From Tubiluchus corallicola (Eukaryota > Animalia > Priapulida): 64,000 bases of DNA. This document shows positions 1-64,000 of the stretch, in pieces. The notes below the pieces were generated by a model that was not told the origin of the DNA, did not search any database, and saw only the letters and a program-made list of their open reading frames with translations. A program made the position numbers and the translations under genes. Every line of letters starts with the position of its first letter. Positions within the stretch are counted from its first letter, which is position 1. The stretch lies in assembly GCA_030141605.1 (NCBI GenBank), contig JAQGDQ010000202.1, positions 94,099 through 158,098 of the forward strand, read 5' to 3'.

Positions 1-449
1 CCAAATGAAAAATAATACTCGCTATCTACCGATCCAAGATCCAAGATCACTACTTTCTAAAGCGCACTATTTCTAGATTACATTGATTACAAGTATTGAT
101 CGCCTCCGCTAGCCGAGTCAGAGATCTAACTGTGCACGTCCTGTTGTATAGTAGTCCTTGCTGCTGACATAAAAGAAAACGAAGTTCGTTGAAGAAACCA
201 TTGTCTGCAATTTGCAATTAAAAAAACTACAATGGTTAATAAAACACCGTTTTGGTTATTGCTTATATTACAGTCCACTGTTAATAACTCGTAAATGCAA
301 ATTTCTAGAATTTTTCATTTGCAGCTTTCAAAAATTGTTTAACATTTGGCATTCTGGATTTGTGCCCAAGTTTTTAATAGTCATGTCTATTAAGTCCTTT
401 TTAAAATTATGATTAATACTCTTTGTTAATTCAGGTAAATGTATTTCAG

Positions 450-3400
450 ACAAAATCTGGTCAGAGTTTGAAAACTTTATCTCTGTTAATCCGAACCCGA
501 CAAAGACAGACATGGAAGAATTCGTGGATTTGTATTTTGGGCCAACAAACAGCGAATTTGAAGATTGGGAACCTACAGATTGGAAACCAGATATTGCATT
601 ATATAATAGGATTAAGGATCCAGCTTTAAAAGAATTTGCTAGAAGCTTGAATGAGCTTTGGAAGATTCTTGGAAGAAAGGTGAAGTTGCAGCTTTGTTAA
701 TTGAAGCAGTTTTTTTTTGAGAAAAATGTTCTACTGTTTTTGTGCCCTGTTTGACTTGTGAGTTCTAGTTGTACAGTTAAATGTGTGTCCACTATTTTGT
801 TCTCAAAACTGTGCTGCATCTGTTTAATGATAGTTCAGAAGATTGTTTTGACAGTTCAGCCTACAAAACAAAATCTAATGTCAAACAAATTTTATTACAT
901 TTTGTGATGCTGTATAGTCCTCAGATATTATAAGGTTTTTAGGATTTGCATTGCTAGTTATAATGCAACATATTAACTAAAAAGTTGCACTAATAATATT
1001 TGTTTTATCACTTTAAAATAAAGTGGAAAATTGTTGCTGGTGCTTATGCTGAGTAAAAATCTGTGTAGCCTTAGAGAACTTCTTCAAAGTTTTTGACTTT
1101 TTGCTTTCAGGTTAAAAAGGATGTTGAAGACAATCCCAGCAGATACTCGTTGATTTACGTCAGCTATCCTTTTATTGTGCCTGGTGGACGATTTCGGGAA
1201 TTCTACTACTGGTGGCTTACTTTCATTGTTTCAATATTTTAACAATACTTAATTGTGTCTGCTGTAATTACCTACCGATGTAGAATTGTCATTTTTGAAG
1301 GTGATTTAGACTAGCTTTGTACACATTTAATACTTCGCTTAAGACTGGTCATAGGAAGCATGATATGCAGGTGGTTTACCACCTACATAGTATTATTTAT
1401 TATGCTTCACTATAGGAAAGGTTTTAATTGTTACAGGGACTCTTATTGGGTCATCAAAGGTTTACTGTTGTCTGAGATGACAGATACTGTTAAAGGAATG
1501 CTGCTAAACTTTATTGATATTGTTCAAAGGTAAGAGTTAGATTGCTGCTCTAGTAAGTATTTTTGTGTAAATTAACTTTGGTTGCTGTCCAACTTGTTTT
1601 TTACAGATTTTACTTTTACCCTGCAAGTGCTTTATCAGGATGCAAAAGTAAGACAACAGTTACAGCATAATGCTCACTGCTGCAGACAGACTACAAGGAT
1701 TACCATGCTAAAACTGTGCATTGTACCACTAGCTCAACTTTGTACCTCCAGCACTTGCAGTTGGGAGATGTTACAAGAAAAAGAGGCCCAGGGGCATAGC
1801 CAGGTTTTAAAGCAATCACATAAAAAGGCACTGTGACACATGAAGCAATTATGTGTTTCTCTATTCTGTAACAGATGGTATCAGCGTGTGATAAGAATAT
1901 AATTAGATTTAAAGCAATTTGATCCTTTATTCTATCAGTCAACTTTGATAAACGAGTTGCATAAATATTCCTGATATTCCTAAATACCATTTATTGGGGA
2001 TACCAGAATGTTTCTTGAGATCGTTACTGAGTACAATTAAATTAAACAATGTACTTATCAACAGTGTACATCATTACTCTGTCACAATGACACATTGTTT
2101 ATTGAGCTTAAAGGCACATCTTTCGCAGGTGAAAATGTGCAGCTTGTACTTGCATGTGTGATTCATGTTTCCATGTAATCAAAATAATCTGAATGAACTA
2201 AATAATGTAGTCATATTCAACCTATTACTATGTCCATTATCATGTCTACAAGCTTAGACTGACATTTCTATACATTTTGCAATTATCACGTAGAATAGCT
2301 TAAAAAATAAAGTGATTTTGAAAATTTTTGTAATAAAAAAGGTAGAAATTTATTGCTGCAGCTCTTATTTAAATATGCACAAAGAATGTTTAGCTTTTTC
2401 TTATTCAACCGAAATTTTTAGGGTGGGACATTTTCCCAACGGTAATCGGATATACTATACAAATCGAAGTCAACCACCATTTCTTATTCCAATGGTTGAC
2501 GATTATTATATAGCATCAAATGATAAATCCTTCCTGAGGAACAGTATTGACTATTTGGAGAAGGAATATGAGTTTTGGATGCAAAATCGAAGGTATTGCT
2601 TGTATCTATTCTTTTTCAGCCAGTTAGGGTGACAATCAGGGGATTTTTACACAGAATTAGAAATCTGAATTCTTTTAGGAGTGCAACATGGAAGAAAATG
2701 TAAGCAAAGTTTTGATTCGAATAATTTTTTGCACTCTTGCATAACTTGAGGCAAATTTGAATATCCCGTGCTAAAGTGGAATTCCCTCCCTCAATCTCTG
2801 GATTCACTTTCCTGCCAGCTGCTGTAATTCACATGGATCTTCTGTAATTTGGACAATTTCTGGAGTTTACTACAGAAGTATAAATCATAAATCATGTGAC
2901 ATAAATGCAAAATTACTAAGAAATTTTTCTGCTACATACGGTATGTGTATAATTATATGATATGTAATTCCGATCTGTAAATATAAGTATATTTATTATT
3001 GCACACTCGTACATGATAGCTTGTTCCTGTTTACTTTGACAGAATTACTAACAAAAGACAGTAAGACATTATAGCTAGTGTGTGTCTATGTGTGCATGCA
3101 TGTGTGTGTGTGTGTGTGTAACACTGCTTTTATAATCTTTCATTTGTCAGATGCCAGTGCAGAGAAGTACTCACAATTAGCTTCTGGACCTGAATCAGGA
3201 ATGGATTACTCCACACGTTGGTTTGCTAGGCAAGGCGAACATGCTTATCAACTCAAGTCAATTCGCACCAAGCAAATAATTCCAGTTGATCTAAATGCAA
3301 TATTATGTTGGAATGAGAAGCTGCTAGCAAAATTTAATAATGAAATTGGTTAGTATTACATTTTTTCATTAATGCAACTAAATTGTATTGTTACAAAATA

Positions 3401-6400
3401 AAGAAGATTTTTAGTTTTTGTCCTCAACTTTCATTGCTGTTGTACGACTGTAAAATGCTCTTAAAGGTGAAATTTAATGTATAAAGCAATGTAATAAAAA
3501 GAGCTAGCTGTTACTTAAAATTTGACATCAAATTTCATGGCTTTGTTCCTAATGAAATCGCTCCTCGAATTTGGGGCGTTGCATTTTTCCTCAAGACAAT
3601 TTGTTCGGTTTTGCTCGTGAAACTTCGGAAAAAAGCAGGCTAGACAATGTTCTAGCAACAGCTTCCTGGGAAACCGCCTCATTTCTGTGATGCTAAATTT
3701 GTAAACAATGCTACACAGCAAAATGTGACTTGTGATAACCAAGCGCAAACGTTACTGTAACTAAATACTGAATTTTGCTGGCATCATCTAATGAGTAAAG
3801 TGCGCAAAATCAAGTTTCAGACTTTCTTCAGAAATGGCACTTTCACGCCCACTCTTATATAAACCACCAAGAAAAAGTAAAAGTGTTAGAAATCTTAATT
3901 AGAGCATTTCCGTTCCTTTTTTTTGTAAAACTGAAACTTCATAAAACAGGCTGCATTTAACCTTTAAATATGAGTGCATTGTGCATGCTTTTGTGCTTTC
4001 ACCAAGTCATTTGCCAAAGCACTTTCCAACATAAATTCGCTTATATTTATCATCAAGTGAGTTTAGAAATTTGCTGGCCACGGATAAAGTCAGTAAGTAA
4101 GAAAATAAGCAATTTATTATGACTATAGGATAATACATGCAATGAAATTTATGTGGTTTTATGTACTGCAATAACTTATGGAAACAACAAGGCAATTAAC
4201 AGAAATAATTCAATCAGTTCTACAGTGACACAGAGAAATAATATTGGAGATTTTCTGAAATTTACTATTTATGGTGCGAATTGCAACGGGGTAGAAAGAA
4301 TGTAAAGTTCTTGTGGTTTTAGCGTTAATTGAGTGGTACCTACGGACCAGACGGGAGCGTTTCAAAGTATTTTTATTACCTGGATGAATTTATTTTTCAT
4401 GATAACTTGCACTCTTTGTGACCCTAGTTTCATACAAATATGCCCTAGATTGCTGTTGAATTTGCACAATTTTTGAGGTGGATCATGAGCATTGCGATCT
4501 CTCTGTATGGTAGCACCGTACAGAGTAATTTAACAGGTGACAGAAGCTTTTAATATTTCAAGAATTATTCATCGAGTGTCATCTTATTTTTAGCCATTCT
4601 TTTTAAAGCACTGAACCTGTTTCCTAAACACCTGTTTATCTCTGAACACTGTGAATAGTTTTCATTAAATCTTCCCACATGCTGTCCAGTGTTACAGAAT
4701 TGCCATGCTGTACAATTTGTTGTGGTGGGAATACCTATAATAATTGACAGGCCATTGAATTATTTCAAAATTCAAAGGTGAAAGGAAGGCGGTGATTTTT
4801 CATATTTTACCCCACTTTTCTGTGTGGTAAAAAGTATACATGTTAATGCCAATAATACTGCCTGCTACAATAAAGAGTTTCTGATAATTAAGTAACAGAT
4901 TAAAATCTTAATTAATGGTGGGTAAGCCCGAGTATTGATGACATTTCAAACGAACATAATTTTCAATGCCAAAAACATTCCATGAGTGTGTTGCACGTGC
5001 TTGCGAAAGGGAAAATTGAAATACAGCACTACAGTAAGAGATTCAGTGTGCTGTAGTAAAACTATTTTTAGGTAAATTTTTAAGGCAAAAAGTGCAAATT
5101 TCAAATTGCCAATGAGCTGTTGAACGTTTGCAGGACGTCACCAAAGAACATCTCCAAACTGGGAGGTACAGCACCTGTTTTTTGTGCAACATGTTTCCTG
5201 AGTGCAGGCACTAGTCATTTTCACATAAGTCATTTCACATAAGTCATTTTTGAAAAAATAGTTTGTTTCTGTTCAGTATTTTAAAGAGTAGATTGTCTTG
5301 ACCTACAGTTTAAGATTTGGTCCATTTTCCTTGAAGGTTTTGGTTGGTGGAGATTTGCTAAGAGTTAAGCATAACTTGTTGTGACAGGCATAAGATTGCG
5401 ACAAACTTCTTATACACTTCCTTGAGCTCAATGAAGAATTTACTTACTTGACTAAACTTATTGTAAAATAATTTACAGGTAATAGACGTAGAGCATCTGC
5501 ATTTGAAACAGCAGCAAGAATACGACAAGAAGCCATTGATACAGTGCTATGGAACGAAGAAGCAGGAATCTGGCTTGATTATGACCTTGAATATGGTGCT
5601 AGTATAAATGATGAACCTGAAAGTAACTTTTACCTTTCGAACATCATGCCATTTTATACTGGCTGTTATACTGGTCAAGACAAGGAAGAAAAAGTTTTTA
5701 ATTATTTGAAGGTATGTTTTCAAGTAGACAAGTTAATACAATCGAACACATTTTTCTCGAACATGCATACATGGAATTCATGTATAGGCCTAACTGAAAA
5801 AAGAGAACAGACCTGTTTTTCGTCTCATGTATTGCTATGAACATATTAGACATATAAATCGTGCTGAAGGTATGGAGAAAATAGAAAGAGACACTAGTGT
5901 AAGTAGATTTTGTAAAGCACACTTGGTTTTATTTGCTTGTTACTTACCAAAAAAGATAATTTTACTGCTGCGTGTGGTATGATAGTGAGCCAGTGTTTTA
6001 CACATTTGCATATGCAAATCCACATAAAGTAAATGTGTAAACCCATCATTGTTTTTTTTAGAGAAATGGTATATTTGATAAGATTGGAGGGGCCCCAACA
6101 TCACTGATAACAAGCGGCCAACAGTGGGACTATCCTAATGTGTGGCCTCCATTAGAAGAAATTGTTGTCACATCTCTTTCTCGAATGCAATCTTCTGAAG
6201 CACAAAAAACTGCCCTGGATCTAGCGCAGAAATGGGTGACTAGCAACTGGAAAGGTTTTGAAGAGACGGGAAAAATGTTTGAAAAGGTATGTCATAGATG
6301 AAATAGCAAATATGTTGTATTTTGGTAGTAATGTGTTGAACCAAACAAGTGTAACAACCTGTCAATATGAATGACTAAGCTGGAATTTAAGTAATAACTT

Positions 6401-7364
6401 TTCTCTTATACTTATCTCCAGAAATCGTTCTATTTGAAAATGCGGTTGAACGAATATCCGTAAATGTAGGAGCACTTCATTTTCACTCATTTAAAAACTG
6501 TACAGTTTTAACTCATTTAAAAATCCCAGGCAATTATTTGGCAACTTGCTAACTTGCTGCAATAGGAATTTATTTACTAGAAATGCCTTTTTAAGATCAA
6601 TAATGAATTTAGGAAAAACTATTACAGCATTTTTTAATAATTATTGGATTAATTTCATCATGCTGCTATAATAATTTAATTTTATGTCTCTTAGTGAAAT
6701 AGACTTTTTTGATGAAATTGTTATGATTCATTTTTTTTTCAGTATGACTGCGATGTTGTTGGAAAAGAAGGAGGAGGTGGCGAATATGATATTCAAGTAT
6801 GTAACATGTAGAACTATGTAAATTAATAATGAATGTATTATTAATAAGCTATGTGCAATACACAACAGTCAATAGACAGACAGGCAATAAATGAGGTTAT
6901 TTTGATCCTATAGGGAAGATCTTTCATTTTCAGGTTTTACTGTAAGGGAGGTTTTATAAAGTCAAACTTTGCACATGCGTAGTTCTGCAGAGATGGAACT
7001 CACAATGCCACATAACTGAAGTATTCTATTTGTAATAATCTATTTGTGTAATAACTTATTGAGTAATTGATTATTTGCTTTCAAACTATAACCTAAAAAG
7101 GGTTCTGTTTCACCACAATGTTATGTTGTTTTTGTTCTTGTTCCAACAGTTTACAATATTAGCATATTTTATGCATCTCTTTTTTCAGTTTTTTTGCACC
7201 ACACTTTATTTATTTAGGATGGTTTTGGTTGGACTAACGGAGTAATTCTGCAGTTTTTGGATATGTATGGTGATGCCTTAAGTGCAGCTCCTTCATTAGT
7301 GGTTTCTTCGGTTGGCCTTATGGTGACATCCGTTGCAGTTTCAGCTTCATTTAATACATTCTAG
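450..7364 (+). CDS. TREH: Trehalase (GH37 alpha,alpha-trehalase), 5'-partial multi-exon gene, probably GPI-anchored
   Basis: GT-AG exons: 450-679, 1111-1211, 1437-1529, 2422-2592, 3151-3348, 5479-5711, 6062-6286, 6743-6796, 7218-7364 (TAG). The spliced translation has trehalase signature 1 (PGGRFREFYYWDSYW), NRSQPP, ESGMDYSTRW, IIPVDLN, signature 2 (QWDYPNVWPP), MFEKYD, GGGGEY and DGFGWTNG. N-terminal exons lie upstream of the window. One expected internal segment was not found (see findings). Confidence 0.95.
3078..3119. repeat. Interrupted (TG)n microsatellite
   Basis: gtgtgtgtctatgtgtgcatgcatgtgtgtgtgtgtgtgtgt, just upstream of the trehalase acceptor at 3150. Confidence 0.85.
3465..3963. 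mobile_element. Non-autonomous DNA transposon (Kolobok-like MITE)
   Basis: Flanked by TTAA on both sides (3461-3464, 3964-3967). Imperfect terminal inverted repeats aggtgaaattta / tgcatttaacct. A TTAA target with AGG termini fits Kolobok. Confidence 0.55.
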
Positions 7365-7941
7365 ATTGTATAGTTATCTATTTTTATATTAGGAAATCCT
7401 GTTTTAATGTTTTCTTACTGCAGTCGGCTGTACTTTTATTGTGTGACATTTGCTCTTAAAGCTGTAATACTAAATTATTTGCCCATTCATTTGAGACGTA
7501 AGAGTTTGTTAGTTTTATGATGCATGGCCAAATTATGCGATTATGTGCTAGTGTCTAACTCTGCCCTTATTCGCTAGTCCATAAGACGCAAAGTTATTAG
7601 TTGTTTACTGTTCAGTAGTTTGTACATATAGTCCACATATTCCAGTTTTGATACGTAGATAAGTTGCTAAAAATTATAATTGTAGTATGTTTTGATCAGC
7701 AGTATGATGTTAATGATATGATTTTCTCAATGGTCCTGCTACGTAAGCAATAATAATAGTAAAATAATAACAACGAAAATGTTAATGGCAATTAAATTGC
7801 GACGTATTACATTTGCCCATTTGCAAAACAATATAGCAACATGCATATTTAAGCTTATCAAAGTACTTCAAGCCGTTGTTTTATTAGTGTTATGCTACTT
7901 TATAGTTATGTTAAAGTATTACATGATTGCAGGTAATTGTC

Positions 7942-7947
7942 AATAAA
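7942..7947 (+). terminator. Candidate polyadenylation signal of trehalase
   Basis: AATAAA about 580 nt after the stop codon, followed by T-rich sequence. Not transcript-verified. Confidence 0.35.
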
Positions 7948-8773
7948 TGTAACAAACTTTGCTAGTTATTTTTCAGCTCGTGTTTCAATTATGTAATTAT
8001 TCCAAAAATTGAAATTTGATGGATTCGCCAGTGAAATGCATTCACTGAAAAAAGATGCTAGTATTACAGTGCTAATTTCGAATATTTTCTCCCATGCGTA
8101 TTTGATCATTTGAAAACCTCGTTAAAAATATTTATAATGCAAACAAATAAATTATAGAGATTGTTGAAGAATCTCAGCTTGACCTCAGCGAAGGTCTTTA
8201 GACAACTATATACAAAGTATTTCATTTTTGTATCAACATTTTTTTATATTAAAAGTCGTTGTCACTACTACTCTTATCAGAAAGGTCTTTATAAAGTATA
8301 AATTGAAAATTGTTTTAATAATAATTACTGTTGAAGAAGAAATTTGGAATTTGTAATACACAAAAATTTTAATTTGAGCACGTAAACAGCTTTCGCCCGA
8401 AAGGCAAAAATTTGCTGAAGTAACATGCAGCTATAATTTATAGTATTGAATGTAGAATTCAGTATTATAAATTATAGTATTAGTATATTATAGTAATTAT
8501 AGTATTGAAGGTATAAGACTGCTTATCCCTTAAACAAATTTATTATTACGAGATGAGATGGGATTCAATGTGTGTATCGTGTGGCTAGAATATGAATACA
8601 TTGTGGTCAGTAAATTAGGCACAAAGCTTATTTGTATTTAGCAGCCAATTTGTTTTGTGTATTTAATAAAGAACAAATTTATAATAATTTAGCAAAAATA
8701 GCAACCAACGGAATTATTAAAACTATAAAAACGAACCTAGGCAGTTTATATCTATGGTTTTCTTGGACCCGAA

Positions 8774-8798
8774 TCGTGACTACTGGAAGTCACGTGCT
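8774..8798. promoter_or_regulatory. CLEAR-like E-box (MiT/TFE site) overlapping an ETS-like GGAAGT
   Basis: GTCACGTGCT at 8789-8798 (CLEAR consensus GTCACGTGAC) plus an inverted half site TCGTGAC at 8774-8780, immediately 5' of the CI-MPR ATG at 8814. Confidence 0.55.
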
Positions 8799-8813
8799 AT
8801 TGACTCAAACAGT

Positions 8814-63082
<54,269 letters not shown>

Positions 63083-64000
63083 GTAAGATTCTATTGCAAA
63101 TTTATTTTTTTGCTTAAGAACTCGAAGAATTGGTGAATGCTGTGTACCAAAAAAAGTAAAGCGAATGCATCATCAATCTGTCACAAAATTAAGCAGATAG
63201 GCAGCAAAACTTTTAATGAAACTTCGTGATGTTTTTATTTACCTCAAGTAGAAAAATGCATAGACAACCTTGTAAGTTTAATAAGTTTAATGTTCATTTT
63301 TTATTCATTTATGGGTTTTTATCTTGTTTGTGAAAACTTTATCAAAACACATTTTTATGTGTATCAGTGTTAGTAACAATGAAATTTTTTAATGGCTATG
63401 TGAGCTGTTTAGCCCGAGTTTTAAAATTATGGGGTTTTGATTAACTTGTTTATTGATATGTAAACACGTAATTGTCTAGGGGTTTCGCTTATGTCCGTAA
63501 TGTTACAACTGTAGTATTTTAAACAAGTTAATTACATTAACACGGATCTTGATGACCATCTGAAGCTGTGTCTCTACCAACACACAATTCAGTATATCTC
63601 CGCAAAGGTGCTAGCTCTTATTCATGGCTCTGAAGTAATCACTAATAAAGGTGATTGTTTATGCCTTGGCTTGCTGACAATGGTTACGTATTTCACAGTC
63701 TGTAACTGTGACTGAGGCCGGTAGTGTAAGTATAGCAATTTCAACCCCATTACTCTTTTAGAAGTTTAACCTTTTAGAGGAAAATCTGCACAGTTTTTGT
63801 CATTCTGTATGGTAAATGTTTTGGTGATAAGCGATATACCACATTCTTTTCGCCGTTTGACACCTAATCGATATTTAAACCTCGTGTTTATTTTCAATAT
63901 AGTTTTACAATACTTTATTGGTGTGTATTTTGCATAACTGAACTTATGATGAAGTAGTTTTGGAGGATTTTTGACTGTAAATTAAGTTAGTGCTTAACTA

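Noticed and set aside
2679-3060. Candidate micro-exons 2679-2699 and 3043-3060 as the missing trehalase segment
   Set aside because: They have AG/GT borders, but lengths of 21 and 18 nt do not fix the phase mismatch and they do not encode PRPES.

Overview
AT-rich, intron-rich animal genomic DNA, probably from an invertebrate; the taxon cannot be fixed from the sequence. It holds the 3' part of a GH37 trehalase gene (+, 9 exons seen, stop at 7364). About 1.45 kb downstream begins a large cation-independent mannose-6-phosphate receptor gene (CI-MPR/IGF2R orthologue, +, 37 exons traced from 8814, covering MRH domains 1-14 and running past the window end). The 15.9 kb intron 24 of that gene (36081-51987) carries antisense cargo: an intact two-exon FKRP/LicD-family phosphotransferase gene, a BEN-domain ORF that looks partly decayed, and a near full-length degenerate PHD-APE-RT LINE. 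Several MITEs, including one with TGT..ACA ends, also lie in that intron. The most notable signal is that the Q-R-E-Y phosphomannose-binding signature is complete in receptor domains 3, 5, 8 and 11 but degenerate in domain 9. Mammals use domains 3, 5, 9 and 15 for glycans and domain 11 for IGF2. Domain 13 lacks the fibronectin type II insert, a CLEAR-like E-box precedes the receptor ATG, and the trehalase appears to lack its PRPES-motif exon. Exons were traced by hand and comparisons to human proteins are from memory, so both need alignment to confirm.
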